NCBI GenBank assembly: GCA_913063435.1
Contig: CAJXYI010000004.1
Span: forward strand, 3-64,002
Source: an uncultured Actinomycetales bacterium
Lineage (GTDB): Bacteria; Actinomycetota; Actinomycetes; S36-B12
Reading direction: 5' to 3'
DNA: 64,000 nucleotides
Shown: positions 1 to 9,336 of the stretch, piece by piece
Layout of the letters: every line of letters starts with the position of its first letter
Position numbering within the stretch: the stretch's first letter is position 1
The notes under the pieces: generated by a model
What the model was told of the DNA's origin: nothing
Databases searched by the model: none
Seen by the model: the letters and a program-made list of their open reading frames with translations, nothing else
Made by a program: the position numbers and the translations under genes

Positions 1-2
1 AG

Positions 3-3000
3 AATGGGCGGTATCCACGCATCCCCGTGCTCGCGATTCCTCAGATCACCTCCACGACAGGGCCCACGACGATCGCCTCCGTGGCGGCCTTCTCTGGTGG
101 CGCATGGGCGGATCTGATCAACGGCAGTGGTGGTCCCACAGGGATGGCGTTCAACGTCACCTTCGACGATCCTGGCAGCGGCCAGCGCATGAGCGGCCCG
201 GCCAAGCGAGTGTCACCCGATGTCGACAAGTCGGTGCTCCGCACGATGTTCCCCGACTCCACCATGGTGACGTCGTATGCAGCTGATGACTACTCCCAGT
301 CGAAGATCCGCTCGGCGAATCTCGGCGGCCTGAACGATGCCCTCAACTCCGCCCAGGAACAGGTGTTCCGTGGCTCAGCAAGGGTGCGACCAGAGGTCAC
401 GGCGCTCGTCAGTCCTGACGGTGGGCTGATCGGTGGCTATGCGATTGACGAGTCGACCATGGAGCAGATCGCCGAATCGATCAACGGCCAGTTGAACGCC
501 CAGGGCTATACCGATTCTCCGAACACCTCCACCGAGCCGGGACTGCAGACCGCGATCGTGCAGTTGAAGCAGTTCGCGGCACCGGTCGAAGCGGATCCGA
601 CGGCCCCAGCGGTATGGCCGCAGTGGGAGTTCCACGAGAAGTTCTCCGTCCTCGACTCCCACCCGAATCTGCTGCGTCAGATCGGTTTCATCATCGACCT
701 CGAGATCGATCCGGCGGATATGCAGTCCAGCGGTTCGACTCCCGCGACGAGTATTCCGAGGAACGGCGAGGTGCGGATCAATGCGCAATACTCCGCGCCG
801 GGCACCGTAGTTGATCTGCCGGTCGGCGTGCGCTACACATTGACGCCCTCGGACTTCAATGCTCGCTATCGCACCCCACCCACCTCCCCAGGATTCGTCG
901 ACATCCGCGGCGATGGCCGCGATTGGCCGATCATCACCAGCGAGGTCGGAGCGGAGGTCATGGCGACGACAGCGCTCGCGACAGGGTTGGCGCGTGCGGA
1001 GATCGACGGGCTGCGCACCGAATCGTCGCGCGCTCGTGAAGGGCTCCCGGCTCGCACCAGTTCCGGGGTGATCCTGCTGCGCCCGAAGATGGCCGAGCGT
1101 CAGCATGATGAGTTCATCCGGCAGTGGGGGATCGCACAGTCGATCAATTTCGGCTCGAGGGTCGCCCAGGTTCTCGACGCCGAGGAGATGATCATCGGCT
1201 ACCGCATGGACGTGCGTGTGGCTGGTCTAGGGTCATGGCGTTCACTCAACCTGCGCAACGGTTTCTGGCGCCCCGACCCCGACACCTATGGTGCGGGGCT
1301 GGTCGACCTCGGTGTCGATGAGGGGTGGACCGAGCCAGCAGGCATCGGCCCGGGGAACAACACCTCAAATGAATATCGCTACTCCGGTGTGGTCAGCGCG
1401 TGGCTGGGCTGGAGTCAGGCGATCGAGCGGCCGGGCGGAGCAGTCGATGAGGCAAGTGAGCCGAACATCATCAATCCGTTCAGCCCGCCGCCCCCGCAGT
1501 TCGGCGCGACGATCGACTACAAGGCACCCCCCGGCGGCGCGCAGCTGCCGACACTGCGCTTCGGCACGCTGTATGAGGTGCGGCTGCGCGAGGTGTTCAT
1601 GGGTGGTGTCGCGCGGGAGTTGAGCGCAACCGCTCCGACGAGCGCGATCCGCAATGTCACCTATCGACGCCATGAACCAGTCGCGTCTCCGGTTGTCTAC
1701 ATCGGCGACATCAAGGGTGAGGCCCCGTACACCTGGGCGCAGACATCGCAGACCTCCGTCATCCGCAGCATGGGCAATGGTGCGGCAGCCGATCCGAGCG
1801 AGACCTCGACCCGCTGGCTGACCCCGCCGCGCGTGGCGCCCTGGTTGGTCGAACAGCACGGCCTGCTCGATTCGGGCGGGCGGCCCGATCCGGCGAAGTA
1901 CTCCCAGATCGCGACGCGTGACGCAGCGAACTACGGCCCGACGACGCCCGGCTACGCCGCCGATGGTGATGTCATCACCTTCAACTGGTCGTCCCCGTCG
2001 CAGGGCACGACACCGTTCTATCCCGATCCGCTGGGCTCGGGGGTGTTGATCCGCGGTGTTCCGGTTGCGAGCGGAACGGTGTTCACCGAGGCGAGTGCGA
2101 GTTTCGGCGGGTCGTGGCCTGATGTCGTTCCAGTGCAGTTGAATGTCGGTGGCTCGGGGACTCCAGGGGCGACGGTGAGCGGACAGGTTGTCGATCTGCA
2201 GGTCGCGCCGGGGCGCACGGAATACCTGCGCATCTCGTGTTCCATTCCTTCTGGCGACCTGAACCTGCTCGATCTGTGGTCGCGGGTGAGCTCCTCGGCG
2301 TCAGCGACCGATGCGGCCAAGGGTGCCTACTGGCAGTTGTCCCCGGATCGTCGACTCACCGTGGTGCATGCGGTGAAGCAGCCGGTGAGCGCGCCGTACT
2401 TCGACGCGACCGACACTTGGACGGCCGAGCGTGCCCAGGGCGAGACACCGGTCGACCTCGACGGAACGCTTCATCTGGATCAGCCGTCGGTCGAATCCGT
2501 GACGCTCACCGGTGAGATCACCTCCGGCATCGATGGTGGTCCCGGCACTCCCGAGCCGCGCATTGAGACCAATGACGCCGGGCAGATCGGGACGGTCAAC
2601 ATCGACAACCCTGCGCCGGGCGGACCAGCTGCGGCAACGGCGTATCCGCTGCAGGCGGTGGTGCAACTCCCTGACACGAAGCGGCGTGATCTCGAACTCA
2701 CCGCGACGGCGTTCTCGCGTTATGCGGAGTACTTCCGTCAGGCAACTGACGTCACGACCGGCGGTGCAAGCGCAGAGAACACGGTCACTGTGGTGCCGGA
2801 TTCGACTGGCGCGGCGCAGCCGATCGTGCCGGGCAGCGCGCGCTTGACTTGGGTGAGCGGCGACACCACGGTCACCGGCACCCTCGACATCGACTACACC
2901 GAGGATCCCACCGCGGGAACGATCACGCTGCTTCCTGATGGTTCGGTGCCGGCAGGCGCAGCGGTCGTCTCGGGTATCACGACACCGATCACCCTGGCGA

Positions 3001-4025
3001 CCGCTGATGCTCCCTCGACACAGCAGGCCCGCGACATCGTCCTGCCGGCGAGTTCGCGGCCGTTGCAGCCCGAGGTCGCCTCGGTCGTCCCGGCTTGGTC
3101 GTGGAGTTCGCCACGCACACCGAGTGTCGGGGGAAGCCCGATCACCTCGACGCGCTCGAGTTCCTCGCTTCGGCTCTATCTCGATCGGCCGTGGTGGTCC
3201 TCGGGCCTGGAGGAGGATCTCGCGGTGCTGCTTCGCCCGTCGCGGCGTGGAGCAGCGGTGAAGGACTTTGTCACTCGTTGGGGCGGGGATCCCGCGGTGA
3301 CCGGTGGCGGCTCGCTGCCCGCGAATTGGCCCGCGGCGCGTCACTTCACCAATGCGGCTGGTTCGGTCTCCAGAGTCTCGATGGCCGAGGACTCCTCGCT
3401 GGCGGTCGATCTCGTTCGCTACTCAGTCGGTCGCGAAGCCGCGGATGGTTCGCTCATCGGTTGGGATGCTGAACGTGACCAGTGGTACGTCGATCTCGAC
3501 ATCGACATCGATGATGCGTATCGGCCCTTCGTGCGCCTGGCGCTTGCGCGTTACCAGGCGGGTGCGCCGAGCGAGTTGCGCCTGTCTCCGGTGACCTTGC
3601 TCGATGTGGTGCAGATCGATCCGGCGCGCACGGCGACGGTGCAGTTGACGCGCGTCCCGCGGATTGGTGTTCGGGCCCGGGTGACGTTGGCTGGCCCGGC
3701 GTACAAGAAGAGCAAGAACGTGAATGGTCCGGGGCGTGCGTTCGTCGTTCATGAGCGACTCAATGCCGATGTTCCGATCTCGGCTGACTCGGCCTACTGG
3801 CAGGAGGTCGACCGTGCGGAGTTGACCGCTAGTTACGATAACGCCAGTGGTGAGGGTTCGTGGACGGGTCGGCTCAATCTCGGGTCGGGCGTGACCGGTG
3901 GTCGCGATCGCCTGGTGATCGAGCAGTACGAGGAGTGGCGCACCGATGGCCGCCCGAATGCAGCGACCGCCGGGACGGAGACGGGCCTGCGCCTGGTGCA
4001 TCAGGACGTCATCCCCCTCGGCTGA
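3..4025 (+). CDS. very large uncharacterised protein (>=1332 aa), probably 5'-truncated by the window edge
   Basis: Longest ORF in the window. The frame stays open from the GTG at 27 back to nt 3, and no SD or -10-like hexamer precedes 27, so the gene probably starts upstream of the window. Third positions are GC-rich like the core genes. No P-loop, HExxH, TM helix, signal peptide or internal repeat recognised. Confidence 0.75.
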   Translation, partial: NGRYPRIPVLAIPQITSTTGPTTIASVAAFSGGAWADLINGSGGPTGMAFNVTFDDPGSGQRMSGPAKRVSPDVDKSVLRTMFPDSTMVTSYAADDYSQSKIRSANLGGLNDALNSAQEQVFRGSARVRPEVTALVSPDGGLIGGYAIDESTMEQIAESINGQLNAQGYTDSPNTSTEPGLQTAIVQLKQFAAPVEADPTAPAVWPQWEFHEKFSVLDSHPNLLRQIGFIIDLEIDPADMQSSGSTPATSIPRNGEVRINAQYSAPGTVVDLPVGVRYTLTPSDFNARYRTPPTSPGFVDIRGDGRDWPIITSEVGAEVMATTALATGLARAEIDGLRTESSRAREGLPARTSSGVILLRPKMAERQHDEFIRQWGIAQSINFGSRVAQVLDAEEMIIGYRMDVRVAGLGSWRSLNLRNGFWRPDPDTYGAGLVDLGVDEGWTEPAGIGPGNNTSNEYRYSGVVSAWLGWSQAIERPGGAVDEASEPNIINPFSPPPPQFGATIDYKAPPGGAQLPTLRFGTLYEVRLREVFMGGVARELSATAPTSAIRNVTYRRHEPVASPVVYIGDIKGEAPYTWAQTSQTSVIRSMGNGAAADPSETSTRWLTPPRVAPWLVEQHGLLDSGGRPDPAKYSQIATRDAANYGPTTPGYAADGDVITFNWSSPSQGTTPFYPDPLGSGVLIRGVPVASGTVFTEASASFGGSWPDVVPVQLNVGGSGTPGATVSGQVVDLQVAPGRTEYLRISCSIPSGDLNLLDLWSRVSSSASATDAAKGAYWQLSPDRRLTVVHAVKQPVSAPYFDATDTWTAERAQGETPVDLDGTLHLDQPSVESVTLTGEITSGIDGGPGTPEPRIETNDAGQIGTVNIDNPAPGGPAAATAYPLQAVVQLPDTKRRDLELTATAFSRYAEYFRQATDVTTGGASAENTVTVVPDSTGAAQPIVPGSARLTWVSGDTTVTGTLDIDYTEDPTAGTITLLPDGSVPAGAAVVSGITTPITLATADAPSTQQARDIVLPASSRPLQPEVASVVPAWSWSSPRTPSVGGSPITSTRSSSSLRLYLDRPWWSSGLEEDLAVLLRPSRRGAAVKDFVTRWGGDPAVTGGGSLPANWPAARHFTNAAGSVSRVSMAEDSSLAVDLVRYSVGREAADGSLIGWDAERDQWYVDLDIDIDDAYRPFVRLALARYQAGAPSELRLSPVTLLDVVQIDPARTATVQLTRVPRIGVRARVTLAGPAYKKSKNVNGPGRAFVVHERLNADVPISADSAYWQEVDRAELTASYDNASGEGSWTGRLNLGSGVTGGRDRLVIEQYEEWRTDGRPNAATAGTETGLRLVHQDVIPLG

Positions 4026-4257
4026 TCCCCATGCCCGTGGGCAGCATCTGGTGACGGATGTGACTTGTGTGACGAATGTGGCGTAGGGATTTCGGTTCGA
4101 TTGCGAGTCCGATTGAGGGCGTCGCGCGGACGAAACCGGTGGTCTAGGGTCTCGGTTTAGACCGGCGCCCTAGCCGGTCGTGAGTTGTCGCTGCACGAAA
4201 GGGCCCGCGTTGTTCCAGCAAGTTCTGCTAGAACTGTTTGAGCGTGTTCGTCGATCG

Positions 4258-5117
4258 ATGGCGTCACCTGGTGCGCGTCGCACGGGTGGTGTGATTGCAG
4301 CGATCGCCCTATCTGCGGGCTTCCTCCAGGCCCCGGCGGCCTCTGCTGAGGAAGCGCTTATCGAGCCGCAGATGATCTCCAGCGGCGACACCGACTTTGC
4401 GATGGAATTCGACGGGACGCGTCAGTACGGCGTCCCTTCTAACTCTTCTGCGCTGGGAGGGTTTGTCGACTACACAGTGGAGCCTGGTTCAACGCCTCAA
4501 ACACGACGCGTTCGGATTGGTGCACGATCGTTGCTCTTTCCATGGATTACTTAATCGCAGTCAAGAGCGGCACAGTGCAGTGGATTGCTTACAACGGCGG
4601 AACGGGAAGTGGATGGCAGGACACGGGTATTGCGCCCGCACCTGACGCCTGGCATAACGTAGCTCTAGTGCGATCCGGAACTGCAGCATCGGTGTACGTC
4701 GATGGACAGTTAGTAGACACACATACTCTCGGAGGGGCTACCGCTGCGTCGCCGGACACCTTCACTGTCGGGACTCAGTACAGCGGCGGGCCCCTGGATC
4801 GGTACTTCCCAGGGCGAATTGACCAGGTAAAGGTCTATAACGCGGCCCTGGATGCGGCCGCCATCAAGTCGGACCTACAGACGACAGTATGGGTCTGGGC
4901 GGCGTTGGTGGAGGCGGCAATGGTGCGCCCGAGTGGCGCTCCTTGTGGGCAACCCTGCGCAACACCGTCGAAGGGGCTAACGGATATCTCAAGGACCCCA
5001 ACTGGTCCAACATCGAAGAAGCCGGGCGTCGGCGCCTACGCGGATTTGCGGGTCAGGCGTTCCTGCTTGCTTGCCAACTCCTCGGCAGCAACATCCGAAA
5101 GCTCGAAACCTTCATGA
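4258..5117 (+). pseudogene. secreted LamG/concanavalin-like domain protein, frameshifted
   Basis: ATG 4258 gives a Sec-type signal peptide (MASPGARRTGGVIAAIALSAGFLQAPAASA) followed by FAMEFDGTRQYGVPSNSSALGGFVDYTVE. The LamG-like sequence continues one base out of frame as AWFNASNTTRSDWCTIVALSMDYLIAVKSGTVQWIAYNGG...WHNVALVRSGTAASVYVDGQLV...FPGRIDQVKVYNAALDAAAI (ORF 4542..5117). The junction GTGGAGCCTGGTTC (4477-4490) is consistent with loss of one base. A second frame change near 4885 is possible. Local GC is visibly lower than the flanks. Confidence 0.6.
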
Positions 5118-5470
5118 CACAACGGACCACATCGACTCCAGAGGGCCCGAAGGGTCAAGCCCGGACCAGGCGCCACCGGACCACCCCCGATGTGGCCCAC
5201 TACCGCCCGGAATCCACAGACCAGCCACTGGCGAGACCGGCTTAGGAACATCTCACTTGCGACGACCTTCGATGGAAGCCGTCCACATGTGTCTCTGAGG
5301 GCCCTTGCAGTTTGGAATTCACTCGCTTTGGCCAGGGCATCGCTGAGCTCGCACCCATCCCAACAAGATTGAGCCCCAATAAGTAGGGCCACATCCCTTT
5401 CGGGCAGGCCAAAAAGTCTCGTCTGAGGGTTGTGCAAATAGATTGAGGGGCACATGCAAATAGCCCACAG

Positions 5471-5556
5471 TGTCCGAGGGGGGACTTGAACCCCCACGCC
5501 CTAATACGGGCACTAGCACCTCAAGCTAGCGCGTCTGCCAATTCCGCCACCCGGAC
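5471..5556 (-). tRNA. tRNA-Leu (anticodon GAG)
   Basis: 86-nt cloverleaf read on the minus strand. The 7-bp acceptor stem runs GTCCGGG...CTCGGAC plus discriminator A. The T arm is GGGGG-TTCAAGT-CCCCC, there is a long variable arm, and the anticodon loop is TT-GAG-GT. CCA is not encoded. Confidence 0.9.
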
Positions 5557-5690
5557 CGATGGTGCTCCCTGGGGTGGGAGCCATCGGGAAGGATAGCAAT
5601 CTCAGATCACGCCGCGCACGGCCGCCACACGCCGGGGCATGGGCTGGGTAATCGGTCACCGGATGTCGTCGGATAGGACAGGATGGAGCC

Positions 5691-7007
5691 ATGGAGCAAC
5701 CGATTCCATCGCCAGCGGAAGACACGGTTCGCATCATCGGGGACCTGATCCGAATCGACACCAGCAATGACGGCACCGATGACGGGCCGGGGGAGATTCT
5801 CGCGGCGGAATACGTGGTCGAGCTCCTCCGCGAAGTGGGTTACGACCCGGAACTGATCACCACGACATCCGGACGACGTGCCGCCGTCGCCCTGCGCATT
5901 CCGGGCACCTTCAGCGAACAGCCGGCACTGCTGCTTCACGGTCATCTCGATGTGGTTCCCGCAGTTGCTGCGGATTGGACCGTGCCGCCATTCGCCGCTG
6001 AGGTGATCGACGACATGGTCTGGGGACGCGGCGCTGTCGATATGAAGGACATGGACGCGATGATCCTGGCCGTCATCCGTTCGTGGGCGCGAGAGGGATA
6101 CCGGCCACCCCGGGATGTCGTTGTCCTGTTCACCCCGGACGAAGAGGCGGGAGGGCGCCATGGTGCCCACTGGCTCGTGGAGAACCGTCCCGATCTCTTC
6201 ACCGGAGTGACCGAGGCGGTCGGCGAAGTCGGTGGTTTCTCCCTGACGGTTCGAGATGACCTACGCCTGTACTTGATTCAGACCGCCGAGAAGGGCATCG
6301 CCTGGATGCGGCTGACGGCCGCAGGCCGTGCAGGACATGGGTCGATGCTCAATGACCATAATGCCGTCTCTCACCTGGCCTCGGCCATGTCACGAATTGG
6401 TAGTCATCGATTCGACATCAGCCTGGGTCCTACCGCGCAACGACTCCTTGCAGAGATCTGCGAGGCCTATGGAATCGACCTGAACGGTAATGAGGTCGAC
6501 GAGGTGATGAAGCAGTTGGGACCGATTGCCAGGTTCATCGGATCCGGAATGCGCAACACCATCAACCCGACGATGCTCGAGGCGGGTTACAAGGTCAATG
6601 TCATCCCTGAGCATGCGGTCGGTCACGTCGACGGGCGCTTCGTTCCCGGCGGACGCGATGATCTCGTCGACACTGCTCGGCGTCTTGCGGGTCCAGACAT
6701 CGACATCGACATCCTCACCGAGGACGTCGCCCTGGATGTGCCCTTCGAAGGACCCACCATCGAGGCGATGCGCGCCGCGCTGCAGACCGAGGATCCACAC
6801 GCCCATGCGATTCCCTATCTGATGTCCGGTGGAACGGACGCGAAGGCATTCTCCCGGCTCGGGATAACGGGCTACGGCTTTGCGCCACTGCGGTTACCAC
6901 CGGATCTTGATTTCGCGGCACTGTTCCACGGGATCGATGAGCGGGTTCCTCTGTCGGCACTGCGTTTCGGTGTCGTGGTTCTCGATCGATTCCTGCGGAC
7001 CTGCTGA
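5691..7007 (+). CDS. M20/M25/M40 family metallopeptidase (dipeptidase/desuccinylase-like)
   Basis: 438-aa ORF with an LLHGHLDVVP metal-binding motif, GRGAVDMKD and TPDEEAGG blocks typical of the M20 family. SD-like GGAG lies before ATG 5691. Confidence 0.85.
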   Translation: MEQPIPSPAEDTVRIIGDLIRIDTSNDGTDDGPGEILAAEYVVELLREVGYDPELITTTSGRRAAVALRIPGTFSEQPALLLHGHLDVVPAVAADWTVPPFAAEVIDDMVWGRGAVDMKDMDAMILAVIRSWAREGYRPPRDVVVLFTPDEEAGGRHGAHWLVENRPDLFTGVTEAVGEVGGFSLTVRDDLRLYLIQTAEKGIAWMRLTAAGRAGHGSMLNDHNAVSHLASAMSRIGSHRFDISLGPTAQRLLAEICEAYGIDLNGNEVDEVMKQLGPIARFIGSGMRNTINPTMLEAGYKVNVIPEHAVGHVDGRFVPGGRDDLVDTARRLAGPDIDIDILTEDVALDVPFEGPTIEAMRAALQTEDPHAHAIPYLMSGGTDAKAFSRLGITGYGFAPLRLPPDLDFAALFHGIDERVPLSALRFGVVVLDRFLRTC

Positions 7008-7024
7008 CCGACACCTCTGGAACC

Positions 7025-7258
7025 TCAGTCATCCGGTCCAGGCTGCTTCGCTATCCGGATGATTCGCCGCCGCACCCGAACGGTACGCCGACCATCCGGA
7101 TAGATGCGATGTCGATCGAGTTCCCAGCGTCCGTATTCGGCGAATTCGGTCAGGACTGCTCTCGCGGTGTCGCGTGACGCGGACCTTGGCAGATTGATGC
7201 TCCGATACTCGTAGCTGCGATGCTCATGGCCTGCATCTGCGGATCCGGCGAACTGCAC
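7025..7258 (-). CDS. small conserved actinobacterial protein (DUF5703-like)
   Basis: 77-aa ORF. The YEYRSINLPRSASRDTARAVLTEFAEYGRWELDRHRIYPDGRRTVRVRR pattern matches my memory of DUF5703 proteins found beside M20 peptidase and LLM oxidoreductase genes. Start codon uncertain. Confidence 0.55.
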   Translation of the reverse strand: MQFAGSADAGHEHRSYEYRSINLPRSASRDTARAVLTEFAEYGRWELDRHRIYPDGRRTVRVRRRIIRIAKQPGPDD

Positions 7259-7419
7259 CCGATGACTTCATCATGGGATCATCCCAGGCGCAAGGGCATC
7301 GCTATCCCGATAGATCTCTCGCCGAGGCATCCGCTCGAATACCGGGAGGTACGCCAGAAGCTGCCGCTAGGTACTACGCTGCCAAGAGCCGATCGGTCGA
7401 CGATGAGGGGTGAACCGCA

Positions 7420-8469
7420 GTGAAGTTGGGAATCAACCTGGGTTACTGGGGGGCAGGGAACGACGCGGAGAACCTCGCGCTGGCACGCGAGGCGGACCGA
7501 TTGGGCTACTCGGTGGCGTGGGCCGCCGAGGCCTATGGATCGGATGCGGCGACCGTGCTGTCATGGATCGCGGCCCAGACCGAACGCATCGATGTGGGAT
7601 CCGCGGTGTTCCAGATTCCCGGGCGTACCCCGGCCAACACGGCCATGACGGCGGCCACTTTGGACACGCTGTCCCAGGGACGCTTCCGTCTCGGATTGGG
7701 TGTCTCGGGGCCTCAGGTGTCCGAGGGCTGGCATGGTGTCCGATTCGATAAGCCGCTCACCCGCACACGCGAGTATGTCGCCATCGTGCGCAAGGCGTTG
7801 GCACGCGAGAGGCTGACTTTCGAGGGGGAGTTCTTCACCCTGCCCCTGCCAGACGGGCCCGGAAAGGCGCTGACACTCACCGTCCACCCGGTTCGAGATC
7901 ATCTGCCGATCTATCTCGCGGCCGTGGGGCCGAAGAATCTGGAACTCGCCGGCGAGATTGCCGACGGCTGGCTGGCGATCTTCTTTGCTCCTGAATCATC
8001 TGCCGATCTGCTCGGTCACATCCGCGAGGGGCGGGCCAAGGCGGGCAAGGACCTCGACGGGTTCGACGTCGTCCCGACCGTGCCTGTCGTGATGGGCGAC
8101 GATCTGGATGCATGCGCCAACCCGGTGCGGGCCTATGCCGCTTTGTATATCGGTGGCATGGGATCGCGAGAGAAGAACTTCTACAACGACCTGGCAGCTC
8201 GCATGGGATACGAAGAGCAGGCCAAGCAGGTCCAGGATCTGTATCTGTCGAAGGACTACGGTGGTGCGGCGGCTGCGGTGCCGATGGAATTCATCGATCG
8301 GACCGCGTTGGTCGGTCCGCCCGAACGGATCCGTGACCGGCTTGCCGCCTACGCCGAGGCGGGGGTCACGACGTTGAGCGTGGCCGTCTACGCCGGTGAT
8401 CTCGAGGAGCGTCTGGCCACCATCCGGCGGATGCCGGAGCTGCTTGCTGAGGCCGGCCTGGCTTCATGA
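7420..8469 (+). CDS. LLM-class (luciferase-like) F420/flavin-dependent oxidoreductase
   Basis: 349-aa ORF from GTG 7420. The N-terminal MKLGINLGYWG and overall TIM-barrel LLM pattern (GRFRLGLGVSGPQVSEGWHG) fit this class. Confidence 0.8.
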   Translation: MKLGINLGYWGAGNDAENLALAREADRLGYSVAWAAEAYGSDAATVLSWIAAQTERIDVGSAVFQIPGRTPANTAMTAATLDTLSQGRFRLGLGVSGPQVSEGWHGVRFDKPLTRTREYVAIVRKALARERLTFEGEFFTLPLPDGPGKALTLTVHPVRDHLPIYLAAVGPKNLELAGEIADGWLAIFFAPESSADLLGHIREGRAKAGKDLDGFDVVPTVPVVMGDDLDACANPVRAYAALYIGGMGSREKNFYNDLAARMGYEEQAKQVQDLYLSKDYGGAAAAVPMEFIDRTALVGPPERIRDRLAAYAEAGVTTLSVAVYAGDLEERLATIRRMPELLAEAGLAS

Positions 8470-8503
8470 TCATCGACGTCGCCCACGAAGACTCCACGAG
8501 GAG

Positions 8504-9325
8504 ATGAGCTGGTTCGAGGCGATCGTTCTGGGCCTGCTGCAGGGCCTGACCGAGTTCCTGCCGATTTCCTCCAGCGCGCACCTCCTCGCGATCGCCCAGA
8601 TCTTCGGATGGTCCGATCCCGGCGCCGCGTTCACCGCGATCACGCAGATCGGTACCGAGATCGCGGTATTGATCTATTTCCGAAAGGACCTGGCACGAAT
8701 CATCACCGCGTGGGGCAGGTCACTGTTCCACACTGAATACCGGCATCTCATCGATGCCCGCATGGGCTGGTACGTGATCATCGGAACGATCCCGATCGTG
8801 GTTCTCGGTTTGGTGTTCACTGATCAGATCGAGACCATCGCGCGCAATTTGTGGCTGACCGCCGCGATGCTCGTCGTTTTCGGCCTGCTGCTCGGGGCAG
8901 CAGACCGATGGGGTCGTCGTTCCCGTCCGGTGGATCAGCTTCGCATGCGCGATGCCGTAGCACTGGGCAGCGCCCAGGCGTTGGCTCTCGTCCCCGGTGT
9001 GTCGCGGTCCGGTGCCACGATCACGATGGGTCTCACCGTCGGATTGACCCGCGAGGCAGCTACTCGCTACGCCTTCCTGCTCGCGATTCCGGCCGTTCTG
9101 GGATCCGGGTTCTATCAAGCGACGCGCATCGTCGACGAGCCCTCCGTGGCGTGGGGACCGATCCTGATCGCTACCGCGATCTCCTTCACCGTGGGATACG
9201 CCGTGATCGCCTGGTTGATCCGATACGTGGCCACGAACTCATACTTCCCGTTCGTCATCTATCGACTCGGATTGGCGGGCGTGATCGTCGTACTGCTCAT
9301 CGCGGGTGTACTGCAACCTCTGTGA
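8504..9325 (+). CDS. uppP: undecaprenyl-diphosphate phosphatase
   Basis: The internal ATG 8504 (SD GAGGAG upstream) gives MSWFEAIVLGLLQGLTEFLPISSSAHL, the canonical BacA/UppP N-terminus. Multi-TM protein with a PGVSRSGATI motif. Confidence 0.9.
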   Translation: MSWFEAIVLGLLQGLTEFLPISSSAHLLAIAQIFGWSDPGAAFTAITQIGTEIAVLIYFRKDLARIITAWGRSLFHTEYRHLIDARMGWYVIIGTIPIVVLGLVFTDQIETIARNLWLTAAMLVVFGLLLGAADRWGRRSRPVDQLRMRDAVALGSAQALALVPGVSRSGATITMGLTVGLTREAATRYAFLLAIPAVLGSGFYQATRIVDEPSVAWGPILIATAISFTVGYAVIAWLIRYVATNSYFPFVIYRLGLAGVIVVLLIAGVLQPL

Positions 9326-9336
9326 ATCCCGCTGCC

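Noticed and set aside
2301-3344. 347-aa minus-strand ORF inside the giant ORF
   Set aside because: It is an Arg-rich antisense shadow of a strongly coding plus-strand frame.
5036-5497. 153-aa minus-strand ORF next to tRNA-Leu, considered as an integrase or excisionase remnant
   Set aside because: Its start lies inside the tRNA gene, GC3 bias is weak, and no tyrosine-recombinase or HTH motifs are visible. A weak internal similarity (G[CF]ELSD-A) is not enough to call a gene.
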